Source of the DNA: Octopus sinensis
Lineage: Eukaryota
Direction of reading: 5' to 3'
DNA length: 64,000 nucleotides
Assembly: GCF_006345805.1 (NCBI RefSeq)
Contig: NC_042998.1
Span: 11,036,001 to 11,100,000 of the forward strand
Every line of letters starts with the position of its first letter. Positions within the stretch are counted from its first letter, which is position 1. Under the pieces are notes generated by a model that did not search any database, was not told the DNA's origin, and saw nothing but the letters and a program-made list of their open reading frames with translations. Both the position numbers and the translations under genes were made by a program. Of the stretch, positions 36,788 through 50,062 are shown in pieces.

Positions 36788-37185
36788 TCTTTATATATAA
36801 AAGTGAGGTTGTGTGCTGTCTGTCCCCTTCGATTTAGATTCCTAACTACTCCCACATTTTGCTGTGTAGTTTAACCAAAACCGGGTATCTTATAGTCCTG
36901 ATTCATATCGAGCCCTTCTGGGTATTAGCGCGCGTCTACGATGAGTCTACGATTTAAAAAAAAAATTACCATAATTTTTTTCCATTTTAATGCATTTTTT
37001 TCGCTATTATATAAGGGAACTCTCTAAAAATGTCTACGATGAGTCAACGATTTAAAAAAAAATTTACCATCATTTTTTTTCCATTTTTAATGCATTTTGT
37101 TTCTATTTTTTGGCTATAACTCTCTAAAAATGCTTATATAGTTATTTCCCTTACAAACCCGAGCAACGCCGGGCTATACTGTTAG
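36788..37185 (+). mobile_element. Non-autonomous Helitron, complete
   Basis: 5' TC(TTTATATATAAAAG), 3' hairpin cccgagcaacgccggg followed by ...ctgTTAG (a CTAG-like end), inserted between A and T with no TSD. An internal ~70-bp direct repeat is present. Confidence 0.75.
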
Positions 37186-37659
37186 TTATTAATAAATTAA
37201 ATTTCATTAGCAAAGAATATTTATTCTGATTTCGGTTTTGCACATGCAAGATTTTTGTGTAATTTTATGTTTGGATGTCTATGACGTTATAACATATTGT
37301 ATTTTATAGTTTAAATATTAAGTCGCAACTTGTTCTTAAAATGCATATTTGGCGACCATGTACTGGGGTGATGGTTACTTTTTGAAGAATTGAAAATGCT
37401 TCCCCTTCTTTCATCAAGAATTTTCAAATTTATTTCAGTTATGGTTATATGACATCGTTGACATAGGAGAAACTAGGAAAGTGTTTGTAATGACAACAGA
37501 CCTAAATGTGAAAAATGAGTAGCTATATAAATATATTAGAAAATCTATGTGTATGTATATGTATGTGTGTGTGTGTGTGTGTGTGGTGTGTGTGTGTGTG
37601 TGTGTGTGCGTATTTGTCTGAAAACGTGTATGTATATATGTATACAGAAATGTCTACAT

Positions 37660-37845
37660 AGAGATACAAGGCTGGTCTACAAGCAAGAAGCGACAATTCC
37701 TAAATCGTGAAAACCACTCGTAAACTTGTATTTTGGTCATGGCAGCGCCCTTGTAAGCTGTTAGAAGCATGAAAACTGTTTCGGTCGCTGTTTTCCCCAA
37801 TAAACAGAATTTCACAGAAGCACGCTCTTCCTTTGTTTCTGCCAT
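37660..37845 (-). mobile_element. mariner transposase N-terminal remnant
   Basis: ETKEERASVKFCLLGKTATETVFMLLTAYKGAAMTKIQVYEWFSRFRN matches the mariner EQR..IKFC..LGK.A.ET..ML..AY...VYEWF.RFK pattern. Confidence 0.8.
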
Positions 37846-38204
37846 CGCAAAAATCTACGAACAGGGAAGAATCAGTGAAACCAAAAACGCACAAAGTAAG
37901 ACTTAAATCGACGACAGCAGTCGGCATACTAATAGCTGTGGGTCGCATCAAGTGGCTTCTTGTGGCGGAAGCCTATACTACAACAGGCTTGTCCATGAGA
38001 GAGCATTTCTGGTTACTTTTGGGTTCCTTCACTGAATTCTACAGTTTTCCTCTCTCCATGTTTTTCGTGCTCTCTCCATTTCCCCCTCTTATTCCGTTCT
38101 GCCCAAGAGCGTAAAATCGAAACGTTAAAGACTTCCATTTTTCCCGAGCGTTAAACTAATGCACTTGCTTATTCCTACACCTGTCTTCTTTTGTCATTTT
38201 TGTG

Positions 38205-38210
38205 AATTTG

Positions 38211-38252
<42 letters not shown>

Positions 38253-38253
38253 T

Positions 38254-38316
<63 letters not shown>

Positions 38317-38485
38317 GCACAAATAGCAAGATAGAGGGAGAGAGAGACAGGGAAAGATATTGACAGATAGATGTGCATATATATATATATGTATGTCTAT
38401 ATCTATCTATCCATTTCTCTATCCATCTATGCGTATATATATATATATATATTATATATATATATATATATACATCTATATGAGC

Positions 38486-38553
<68 letters not shown>

Positions 38554-38600
38554 CACACATACATACATACATACATACATACATACATAGACAGACAGTA
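38205..38600. repeat. (TA)n/(CT)n/(GATA)n/(CATA)n microsatellites
   Basis: Direct reading. Confidence 0.95.
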
Positions 38601-38664
38601 TAACGACCCCATTGCTCATTGTTGATGCTAGAAAACTAGAACAGAAATTTTAGGATTCATCATA

Positions 38665-38855
38665 GTACGAGGGGCTGCAGAAAAGTACTGGCTTAAAGGG
38701 TATTGCTAAAGGCCTGGTTGGAGGGTCAACCTTCCGAGTTGAGAAACTGAAAGACTGCTGCTATTAGTCTGTGAATCTTAGAGGGGAATATGTTGAATTA
38801 AATAACTAACTGATCCTCCTGTATTTTCTTTTACTCAAAGCCAGAAACAATGTAC
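38665..38855 (+). mobile_element. Possible mariner-derived deleted element
   Basis: Begins TACGAGGGGCTGCAGAAAAGT (mariner-like TIR start) and contains gggaatatgttgaa, which resembles a mariner ORF end. Confidence 0.35.
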
Positions 38856-39082
38856 CACGCCCACGTAAACAGATGGACTAAATCAGGGTATGTTTTTGTG
38901 CGGATGGCTATCTTAAGAATTTGTTAATAAATGTGTTGAATGTGGAACGAAGGTAACTACAAGTTCGGGTACACAGCTGAAAAGAGAAGAGGTAATAGAA
39001 CACAGAGCGCTATAAAGTCAAGAATGTGATGAAGAGCGCAACGCCTTACGTTATATAAGGACAAGCCAGGAGGGCCTGAGAG

Positions 39083-39133
<51 letters not shown>

Positions 39134-39270
39134 TTTGAAGCGGCTTTTTACTTGGTTTAAATCGTGGATGTGGAAGGAGAGAGCTTCCACCAATCGTTGG
39201 AAGTGGATGCCAAAGTAACTGGAGATGAGCTGAGAGGAAATATAACAGTAAGGCGCTGTGAGTTGCCGGC

Positions 39271-39673
39271 TCTCTTCTCTTTTTCTCTTTTACTTGTTTC
39301 AGTCATTTGACTGCGGCCATGCTGGAGCACCGCCTTTAATCGAGCAACTCGACCCCGGGACTTATTCTTTGTAAGCCTAGTACTTATTCTATCGGTCTCT
39401 TTTTGCCAAACCGCTAAGTGACGGGGACATAAACACACCAGCATCGGTTGTCAAGCAATGCTAGGGGGACAAACACAGACATACAAACATACACACAGAT
39501 ACATATATATATATCCGACAGGCTTCTTTCAGTTTCCGTCTACCAAATCCACTCACAAGGCATTGGTCGGCCCGAGGCTATAGCAGAAGACACTTGCCCA
39601 AGATGCCACGCAGTGGGACTGAACCCGCAACCATGTGGCTGGTTAGCTAGCTACTTACCACACTCCTGCGCCT
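39271..39673 (-). mobile_element. SINE family A
   Basis: Reverse complement of family A. Confidence 0.9.
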
Positions 39674-39689
39674 ATGGAATTTGTGTGCT

Positions 39690-40300
39690 GAAAATAAGGT
39701 TGGAATCTGTGGAGGGTAAAAAGGTAAGATGCTACGAGTTGGCAGATAGTGAAGGAGACAAGTAGTGATGAGTCAGACAGTAAACGGCAATAGAAGAGGA
39801 TTTTGTGGAGCTGTCGCACTACTATAGAGGTCAGTGCTCTACACAACCTCGGCATCTTATTTGTCTACCGGTTTGATGTTGTTATTCAACTTCAACATGT
39901 CTTTTGACGGGAGCAGAGGCTCGAGAGATATTAGTGTGTTGAGAGCACTCCTGAAAGCCGAAATCGTCTAAAACATGGTGAAATTTTCAATGAATTGGTG
40001 CAGATAGCTGGATTGGGCAAGGGTGGCGGGCCAGTGGGATGGCCAACCACTGATGTCTGTGGGACAACTGGGATCGGTTAGTGTGGGTGCTGTACCATTA
40101 AAAATGCTCTGAGTTTTGTGGGAGACAAAATCATTTCTACCTCAACCCGGGTCCGAAACTCATCGCTATACCTATGGATTGCTAATTTCTACTAAGGATG
40201 GTGTGCTCAGCTTCGAAGAGAGATACACCATGGCGCTGTAAGTACTACAAAAGTGGTGTAGAAAGCAAAATGGGCAAACAGTATGGATGTGAAACAGAGG
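39690..40300 (-). mobile_element. Highly decayed CR1-like RT remnant
   Basis: *PIPVVPQTSVVGHPT resembles GVPQGSVLGPT. RLLSDSSLLVSFTICQLVASYLFTLHRF resembles RLI.D..L...L..RR.VASL.LFYRY. Confidence 0.4.
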
Positions 40301-40764
40301 TTAGAGTATGTGTTGAATCACTATAAGCTGAACAGACGGTTTGCCAATTTTCAGTATTATCTAAAGCTAGCACCAGCAGCATCAACGACCCAGATACCAG
40401 AGAATTCCAAAGAGACATAGCAAAGCAACAGGAACAGTATTGCTGACATTTATATCAGTGACCTGGAACTTTAATTGAAACTGTTTATACAAGGCAACAG
40501 AGTGCATTTATATTAGTGGATAGGTTTCTAATACGCATCACCTGCGTTCGGTGTTTCATAAAATCTGTTCAGCTAACAGGATATGCCTTTAGCAATCGAA
40601 CATAAGGCATTAGAGATAATAACACGAGTTACACACAGCTTAACCAATGAAATCACGCAACTATGTAGACTTAGACATTTCACGGAACTAAACAATACAA
40701 CCATACAACATTGACGTTGCTGCACTTTGCGACACACTGCTGCCGAACACAGACATGTATTCAC

Positions 40765-40810
<46 letters not shown>

Positions 40811-41361
40811 ATACTAATATAAATATTCGAGCTCACACACCGTTACATACTCATTCATTTGTTCTAGTTTCCACGTTTTCATCATAATTTTTTTTGTTAT
40901 ATTTCTTATGAGAAATTAAAAGATCTGAAAACAACTACGTTCTAAACTGATTCAAACACAGATCCAGTTCTGGTCGCACTGGAAAGGACAAATTGAAAAG
41001 AACACATGAAGTCAATTAAAGCTAAAGACACATGTAAAATGCATTTACTTACATGGAAAGAACTTATATCCACATAATTACAAAAGTCAGTGATAAAATC
41101 CCTACTAAGAAGAGCACTTTCATTGTCTTCTGCAAATGAAGCGGAAGATAAATAAATGTATTAAAACAGCTGGCGTTCTTACAGTCTAGAAGACTAAAAT
41201 ACTTAAAATAGGCCCAAACAGAAGGCAGTAAATGCACCTGATATTACACGACAGAAATTACAATTACTCAAACCACATACACTGTGTAGTCCAGAAGCCA
41301 AATATATTCAAATCAAGAGTGCAGTAAAAAGAAACACAGAAGTCAACACAAGCCACATAAT

Positions 41362-41531
41362 GTGGAAGCACTCCGTCGGTTACGACGGCGAGGGTTCCGG
41401 TTGATCCGGAGCCTCGTGGAGCTTTAGGTGTTTTCGCTCAATAAACACTCACAACGCCCGGTCTGGGAATCGAACCGCGATCCTACGACCGCGAGTCCGT
41501 TGCCCTAACCACTGGGCCATTGCGCCTCCAC
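41362..41531 (-). mobile_element. SINE family C with ~210-bp internal deletion and TSD
   Basis: The 3' end joins the head at ggttgatccg|gagcctcg. cacaagccacataat flanks it at 41347-41361 and 41529-41543. Confidence 0.9.
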
Positions 41532-41838
41532 AAGCCACATAATAATATACTCCTCAAACACTAAAGTATATACAAATATTCAGAAATCAAGAGTAGAATA
41601 TTAACTAATAACGCCTATTTTCACTTTCCAAATCTTGGAAGAAGGAAACCAGTAAGAAAAATAATGAAAAGGAACGTTTTGGGTAACAAATAGGTTAAGA
41701 ATGAAATATGGTATTAAATGAGATTCTAGAGTAAATGTTGAATTATAGATTAATAAGAGGAAGCATTTTACGTATAAAAATAATGATAAATGAATGCATA
41801 AATGTATGCGATTATCACAGTTGTTTCTTCAACTTCTT

Positions 41839-42209
41839 TGTGGAGGCGCAATGGCCCAGTGGTTAGGACAGCGGACTCGCGGTCATAGGATCGCGGTTTC
41901 GATTCCCAGACCGGGCGTTGTGAGTGTTTATTGAGCGAAAACACCTAAAAGCTCCACGCAGCTCCGACAGGGGATGGTGGTGATCCTTGCTGTACTCTTT
42001 CACCACAACTTTCTCTCACTCTTACTTCCTGTTTCTGTTGTACCTGTATTTCAAAGGGCCGGCCTTGTCACTCTCTGTGTCACGCTGAATATCCCCGAGA
42101 ACTACGTTAAGGGTGCACGTGTCTGTGGAGTGCTCAGCCACTTACACGTTAAGTTCCGTTGATTCGGATCAACCGGAACCCTCATCGTCGTAACCGACGG
42201 AGTGCTTCC
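41839..42209 (+). mobile_element. SINE family C with TSD
   Basis: Full head and end; tcttcaacttct at 41826-41837 and 42217-42228. Confidence 0.92.
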
Positions 42210-42289
42210 CTTTCCCTCTTCAACTTCTAATTGTTCTGATGTTTAACGAATAAATACAATATAACAATGTGTATAGAAGGGACTCAATG

Positions 42290-42452
42290 TAAGGCGGCGA
42301 GCGGGTTAAAATTCCGGCGATGTCGAATTTGTCTTTCATCATTTTGGAGGTCAATAAAATAAGTACCAGTTGAGAACTGGGTCGTTGTAATCGACTTACC
42401 CCTTTCCTGAACTTGCTGGCCTTGTGACAAAATTTGAAATACCAATATGTGG
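42290..42452 (+). mobile_element. Diverged SINE family B-like copy
   Basis: aaggcggcgagc...gtctttcatcattttggaggtcaataaaataagtaccag. Confidence 0.6.
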
Positions 42453-42542
42453 CTGCTATTGAATATAATTGCATGCATAGATATGCACAGATACATACAA
42501 ACATACATACATACACACATACATGCATGCTTGCACACACAT

Positions 42543-42575
<33 letters not shown>

Positions 42576-42581
42576 CCTACC

Positions 42582-42800
42582 TATTTCTTTACTACCGACA
42601 AGGGGCTAAACACAGAGAGGACAGACAAGGAGATTAAGTCGATTACATCGACCCCAGTGCGAAACTGGTACTTTATTTATCGACCCCGAAAGGATGAAAG
42701 GCAAAGTCGACCTCGGCGGAATTTGAACTCAGAACGTAACGGCAGACGAAATACGGCTACGCATTTCGTCCGGCGTGCTAACGTTTCTGCCAGCTCGCCT
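42582..42800 (-). mobile_element. SINE family B, full length
   Basis: Reverse complement of 13240-13467. Confidence 0.92.
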
Positions 42801-43949
42801 ACCTACCTACATCCATTCATCCATCCATCTATCCATCCATCCATACATACATACATACATATAAATATGTGTTTGCGTGCGAGTGCGTATGGTATGTCTA
42901 TATATGTATACGGAGGCAGGCTTGACAGAGTAGTTAGGAAGTTCGTTTTGTAGTAATGAGATTCTGGGTTCGAGGTTACACACACGCATACATGCATACA
43001 TGCATATTTATATATATATAGAGAGAGAGAGAAAGAGAGACATGTGCATATGCCTACGTGAAAACTTTTGCGTGTTTTCTTTCTAACGGAAGAATTTGAT
43101 GACATATATTATGGATTTGTTCATAGAATATTTACCATAAAAAATGCGTCTCAGTATGTTTTAATTCGCTGCGTCACTTCGGGAATGTCAACTGACGATT
43201 TATGCTTTGCCAATGCTGGAAGCTTTTTTTCTTGTCAGTTTGATGACACTTTTAGTAAACACATTGATTACTGGTGTCAAATGCGGAACTAGCAGTACTG
43301 CACAATTATTATGTTTCCTTTAAATTGACTTTTGGATTCAATTTCCAGATGACTTCACTGAATTTATCTCTTGCAAAACTCACGAGATTTGTGACATCCA
43401 TAGAGATTTAGGGTTTTTATGTTATGAAATAGATATCTTCTTCCTTTGTGACCTGCAATTTATAATGTTTTATTTTCCTTATTTTTCTTATTTAATATAA
43501 AATGCCAGTTATAGAGGCAGATCATTAATATTGCTATTAGGTTTACGAGATTAAAACTGATATTAAAACAATGAGGAACAGCTGAAATGATACTTTCAAA
43601 AATGGTTTATAATTACATTTATGCTATTAACAGAATCATAAATAAAATATATTATTAAGTTACATTACTTGCTTAATAATCTTAAAGGCTGAAGTTTCAG
43701 TAAATTATTTAGTATTTATTCATTTGTTTTTCTAAAATAATAATCAACTAGTCCATATCTTATCATTGCTTCTATTCTGTTTATGCAGCTTAGCTATCAG
43801 TTTACCTCTTCATCAGTAATATGTGTTAACATATTTAAAGTAGTCAGCATCAACAGTCAATCGTATCAGAAGTAATTATGAGGTAAGGGAAGGGCAACAC
43901 TGACTCAGCTCAATTGCTAATTACACACCCTCGCACACACGTATCGTAA

Positions 43950-44165
43950 TATCGGTTTCAAATTATGATAGAATACCAGCAGTTTCACAGGAGGGTTAAG
44001 TCGGTCACATAGATCCCAGAGTTTGACTGTCAGTTATTTTATTGACCGCGAAAGGATGAAATGCAGAGTCGATCTCGGCAGAATTTGGTCTCAGACGTAA
44101 AGACGGATGAAGGGCTGCTAAGCATTTTGCCCGGCGTGCTAAGGATTCTGCTTGTTCACCGCATT
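43950..44165 (-). mobile_element. Diverged SINE family B-like copy
   Basis: ttttattgaccgcgaaaggatgaaatgcagagtcgatctcggcagaatttgg...cccggcgtgctaaggattctgc. Confidence 0.65.
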
Positions 44166-45964
44166 CACATATCATCATGCCAGTATCTACCCTCCATATG
44201 ATGGACGGCAGGATTGAATATTAGGTGGTTTACGCTCCAGTTAGCAATTTAAATTGTACAAAATTTTCGGTGTCGATTAAAATAAAGTGTCACTTATATC
44301 AAGTAGATTGAAATAATCCCTCCTCTCAAACTGTGCATAAGACAGAAATCCTCATTTATAAATATAGATTTACTAATTTTCTCCATGCAGAAATGATGTT
44401 TTTCGTCCAGACATAAATATATTCATGCATATTTACATACATGTTTTATTGATATCTGTGCCTGTAAAATTAAGAGTAACTTTCACTTCAAGCGATTTAT
44501 TTATTAAGGAACAAAATATTCTGAATTTAGATGTATGAGCAAACTAATATAAGTGAACACTGCCTCCAATTTTACTGCAGATACTAACAATACTCAGCCA
44601 CTAGTATCGTGTACGTCGTAAAACTTTTCGCAACCAACACTAACAGTTTGTAATGGTGTACGGCAGAGAATTCATTTGATGTAATTTTGGATTTAGTATC
44701 ATCTACTAATTTAGATCTCATCAACATCTCCCTCTAAATTTGAAACTTTGTATAAGGTGAGTCATTGGTTTCTTATATTTGAAAACGAAGATTTTGTCTT
44801 ACACAGAAGGAAAAGGGAGGTGGTGAAATCTTGGGAGCTTAAAGACTTTTTCTAGGGTATTTGCAGTGTAAGAAAATCAAGACAGCTTCGGTCAGGAATC
44901 GAAACATTTTTTTGTAGACTCGATAGTCCTAAACCCCTTCCTCTGTTTCTACATTTTTCAGTTGTCAGCTGTTATCGAATAGTGTTAATATTGTTTTTCA
45001 ATATTTAAAAAGCAATACCAAAGACTGCCAGCTTCAATTATTATTGAAGTAATATGTAGGTGAATACATGAATAAACATTTAGAACGGTATAAGAAGTTT
45101 GTTTACAATGATGAAAAGATACGAAATCTTTTGAAAATATGCTCGTTTGTAAAGTGACGAGTTACTTGTTAAGCTGCCTTTCGTGTTTGCATTTGCTGCT
45201 GTTGTTGTTGTTTTTTTTTATTTTTTACTCTTCTCCTTACTTGATAAGATATTTCACACCATCTGTTCCAAGCTACTGGTGTTGTATTTGTGACGTAAAC
45301 AATCTCAGTTTAATAGTAGCTATATGATTATATTTTTATGACATCAGGAAAATAAGATACACAGAAATAATATAGAATAATTTAGATAAATAAAATCAAA
45401 CTAAACAGGTGCATCTTAGTTTTGATGCACGCATGCACTTAAAGCCACTCTTGAATGTATGGTCTGTTTGCGCACATGTGTATATGTTTATAAGTATGTA
45501 TATACACACATATATTTAGAGATACACATACGAACTCATACACACACTCACACACATACAAACACATATAAAGAGAGAGAAATATGCACGTCTAAATTTA
45601 TTTGTGCACGTATGTATTAATGTGTATAAGTTAGATGTTGAGACAAAATGTGTTACTAAACTGCTGATGTTTATTTTCTTTTATGTAGTTACTTCCATGT
45701 ATTGGCATATGCATTGAGTCCTCATCCAAGTTATCTGTCCATCTGGTCATCATAGCACTTAGGTTCTTAAGTATTTAATATTGGATAAACTTAAAAGCCA
45801 TTTAGAGATTTGATTAGAGAACTGATTATCACTACCCAGCTTGGTAAGTGGGTGCAAGTATGGCTGCACAGCTAAGAGTATACTTTGCTAACCGTGTAGT
45901 CTACGTTCAACAGGTTTTGCAATCAAAATGTTCTACCATAACTTCTGGTTGACCTACGAATAGT

Positions 45965-46275
45965 AAATTCAAATGCCGCCGAGTTTGACCCCCCAAAAGG
46001 ATGAAAAGCAAATCAAACCTCCATAGCAGTTTTGATGCACAGAACGTAAAGTCGGACGAAATACCGCTAAGAATTTTGCCCGGCGTGCTAACCATTTATA
46101 ATAATGATAATAATAATAATAATAATAATAACAACAACAGCAATAATAATCTTTTCTACGATAGGCACACAGCAAATTCGGTCACGGCGAAATTTGAACT
46201 CAGAACGTAAAGACGGACGGAATGCCGCTAAGCATTTCGCCCGGCATACTTACGATTCTGCCAACTCGCCGCATT
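45965..46275 (-). mobile_element. Two partial SINE family B-like copies separated by (AAT)n
   Basis: gaccccccaaaaggatgaaaagc...cccggcgtgctaacc, and aatttgaactcagaacgtaaagacgg...ctgccaactcgcc. Confidence 0.6.
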
Positions 46276-46276
46276 C

Positions 46277-46277
46277 T

Positions 46278-46320
<43 letters not shown>

Positions 46321-46363
46321 TAATAATAATTATAATAATAATAATAATAATGATAATAATAAT

Positions 46364-46437
<74 letters not shown>
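46277..46437. repeat. (AAT)n microsatellite
   Basis: Direct reading. Confidence 0.97.
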
Positions 46438-46769
46438 CACGTGGGATATTTAACAGAGTAACACCGGGGGCGTTTAACATGTGAGAGCGATAAAACACTG
46501 CTCCAAAATCTATTCAAAAACATTTGGAATAAAGACAACAAATGGAACCTAAAATATCTGACAAAGTGTTGGACAATACCCGAGTAAGTAATATGCATTG
46601 AAAGTGTTGGATAATATACGAATGATACTCGTTAAAATGCATTCCTTTTTCCCAAAAAATACCAGTGTTATGCAACCCAAGGATAACAAACGGGAAGTAC
46701 GTACTTTAAACTTGTTACACAAAATGTACGAAAAACTACACGTGCAAAACCATTTAAAACCACAAATGA

Positions 46770-47005
46770 AGTGTGTGTGTGTATGTTTGTGTGTCTGTGT
46801 TTGTCCCCCTAGCATTGCTTGACAGCCGATGCTGGTGTGTTTATGTCCCCGTCACTTAGCGGTTCGGCAAAAGAGACCGATAGAATAAGTACTGGGCTTA
46901 CAAAGAATAAGTCCCGGGGTCGATTTGCTCGACTAAAGGCGGTGCTCCAGCATGGCCGCAGTCAAATAACTGAAACAAGTAAAAGAGTAAAAGAGTAAAA
47001 GAGTA
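46770..47005 (+). mobile_element. SINE family A, 3' half
   Basis: gtgtctgtgtttgtccccctagcattgc...aaaagagtaaaagagtaaaagag. Confidence 0.88.
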
Positions 47006-47184
47006 ACGGATCGGAACCCTAGAATAATATTGACCATCAACATAAAGGGCCGGGTGTTATTTCTCTTATCCGCAAATAAATATCAAAAAAGCCTAAATGG
47101 ACATTTGAGGAATATATTTCAATCCTACACGTTTATTTTACAGCAATGTTCTACCCACAGAACGAAAACGCAAAAGCATGTACA

Positions 47185-47581
47185 GCAGGAGTGGCTGTGT
47201 GGTAAGTAGCTTGCTAACCAACCACATGGTTCCGGGTTCAGTCCCACTGCGTGGCACCTTGGGCAAGTGTCTTCTGCTATAGCCCCGGGCCGACCAATGC
47301 CTTGTGAGTGGATTTGGTAGACGGAAACTGAAAGAAGCCTGTCCTATATATGTATGTATGTGTGTGTATGTGTTTGTGTGTCTGTGTTTGTCCTCCTAGC
47401 ATCGCTTGACAACCAATGCTGGTGTGTTTACGTCCCCGTCACCTAGCGGTTCGGCAAAAGAGACCGATAGAATAAGTACTGGGCTTACAAAAGAATAAGT
47501 CCCGGGGTCGAGTTGCTCGATTAAAGGCGATGCTCCAGCATGGCCGCAGTCAAATGACTGAAACAAGTAAAAGAGTAAAAG
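47185..47581 (+). mobile_element. SINE family A
   Basis: gcaggagtggctgtgtggtaag ... gtaaaagagtaaaag. Confidence 0.92.
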
Positions 47582-47609
47582 ATTATATAAAATCTGAAAG
47601 ATAAAGATT

Positions 47610-49620
47610 TGGATACAACAATGCGCCATAATAAACTAGCTACCATACGGAGATATACTCTCAAATCAAAAAACTATCAGACACAGAAATAGAACAGTTA
47701 AAAGGAAAAACACACCAGGAATACATAAATAGTAACGACACAGCAATGCCAAATAATATCATAAGCACTGGAACTCGAAAATGTCCAACGTAACATGTCC
47801 AACAAAAATGAAGTAAACAACAAAAGACAACAAACCCAGACCGTAGGAATGTATAATGATTTGCAAAATGCATCAAACCAGATCACTCCAGGCAAAAGTA
47901 TGAACGGGAGGGAATAGGAAGCAAATCTAAAACCTGGTAACAGCGAAGGTGAAACTAATGATTATGATAGTCTAAAAATGAGCATAATCAAAGAATGTGG
48001 ACCACCGATTATACCTCCCCAAAATTAAAATTGATAATAAAACAACATCAATAATAAATAGCATGAACCTGCCCGGCACAGAACTAATAGCCACAGAAAA
48101 AAATTGTCAATATGACCCGGCTAATTGATATAATATATGCAGCAGCCTCTGTGGTCACAAAAAAGGCTAGATACTCCCTAAAACCCATCCAAGCAGGAGC
48201 ATCACCACCCATACAAACCCTGTGGATAAATAACATTAAGAAAAAATAGAAAATAAGAGACAGGATTTGTCAATCCTTAATGAAACTAGAAGAAAATGAA
48301 ATGAACACTACTAAGCAACAAGAAAAGAAAAATATTACATAAATACAGAATTGCAGAACAATGTATACTCGAGGTAAAAGAGCAGCTAAAGCAAGATGTC
48401 CTCGCCGAAGAACAAAGCATCTGCCGGTTTGAGAAACGCCAACGTTTCTTTGAACAAAACAGATTAGGACTCCAGCCCCACAGCAGAAGTGGAAGAATTC
48501 TGGAAAGAAATATGGTCGGCGAAGGAAGAACCTCAGCAAAGATTTATCAAAACAACGAACACAGCACCTGAACAACTTTGGACCCCTTTAACAACTGAAG
48601 TGCTCACTTAGGCAATGCAAAAACTAAGCAACTAGAAGGCACCCTGGCACGACAAGTTCCCTAATTTCTGGTTAAATACCTAATAAAATGCTGATTGAGA
48701 AATTTAATGAAATACTAACAGAAGTACAGACAATACCTGAATGGCTCGTGAAAGGGAAAACTATCCTAATTCCCAAATCCACTGAAATTTACAAAGCCTT
48801 TACTGAGCCAGCATCAGGAAGAACATAGCCTGTTTCCAGAAGAGTAGAAGGGATGCTACAAGGGCTCATACGGTTGTAAAGATCAGCGACTGATCAATAA
48901 AGCCATAACTGAAAACAGCCGCAGAAAGAAGGGTCTAAGTTTGGCCTGAATCGATTACGGAAAAGCTTTTGATAGCGTTCCCCATACATGGATCCTAGAA
49001 ACACTAGCCATGAACAAAGTAGCACAAATAATCATAAAATATATAAAACATTCCATGAATAAATGGTAGACAATGCTACAGCTCCAGACAAAAGAGGGAC
49101 TTATAAAAAGCAAAGCCATTCCCGTTAGAAGATGAATATTTCAGGGAGACATGCTCTCTCCACTCCTTCTCTGCTTGGCACTGATACCTTTATCTGACTT
49201 GCTAAACAAAACTGGATGGGGATAAAACCGTTACTGCAAAACAATCAGCCAACTCAAATATATGGAAGATCTAAAACTGTACGCTCAAAATGATAAACAG
49301 CTGGAAATATTACTACAGACAGTACATGGATCTACCAAAATAATAAACATGAAATTTGACTCAGAAAAATGTACTAAAGCAACCTTGAGAAGAGGAAAAC
49401 TAGTTGAGAATAGCAACATAACTCTAGATAAAGCAAATGAAGTAAGAGAATTAGACCAAAGCAAGACATACAAATACTTAGGAATCAATGAACAAGATAG
49501 AATACAACACACACAAATGAAAGAGAAAATAAAAAAAAAGAATACTATACACGAGTTAGAATAATATTGAAAACAGAGCTCAATCCGAAAAACAAGATAA
49601 TAGGTATCAAAAAGTCCGAT
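47610..49620 (+). mobile_element. R4/Dong LINE pseudogene, N-terminal region and RT
   Basis: IRRYTLKSKKLSDTEIEQLK; IPEWLVKGKTILIPK; GCKDQRLINKAI; IDYGKAFDSVPHTWI; FQGDMLSPLL; YMEDLKLYA; YKYLGINE. Many stops and frameshifts. Confidence 0.9.
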
Positions 49621-49789
49621 TGATGTGTCATTTTAATGCATTTTAATTACCTTTTTCTGATGATATCTGAAAAGAAACAGCAATTTTAGCAAAACATATT
49701 AAACAATACTAATAATAAATCAAAAAACAAAAATAAACAAGCTTTTGTTGTTTTTATAGACATTTCAAAATTATGATGCTCTGATGCTG

Positions 49790-50014
49790 GGTGTTTCCAT
49801 TGTTTTGTCCAACCCATGTACATAACAAAAACACTAGGAATAGCAAATATATACAACATACAGAAAATAGCACTACTAGGCACCGCACACATCCTACGTA
49901 AAACACTTTCCTTACACTATCTATAAGAGCATCACAACAAGTTACAAAACATACCCGAGGCACACAGAGTTGGGATCGGTTGTGCAATGAAAGTACGTTA
50001 TAAAAATAAGACCA

Positions 50015-50061
<47 letters not shown>

Positions 50062-50062
50062 T
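49790..50062 (+). mobile_element. R4/Dong 3' end with (AAT)n tail
   Basis: TLGIANIYNIQKIALLGTAHILRKTL, the R4 C-terminal QK..LLGTA.ILR motif, followed by a 3' UTR and (AAT)n at about 50020-50060. Confidence 0.8.
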
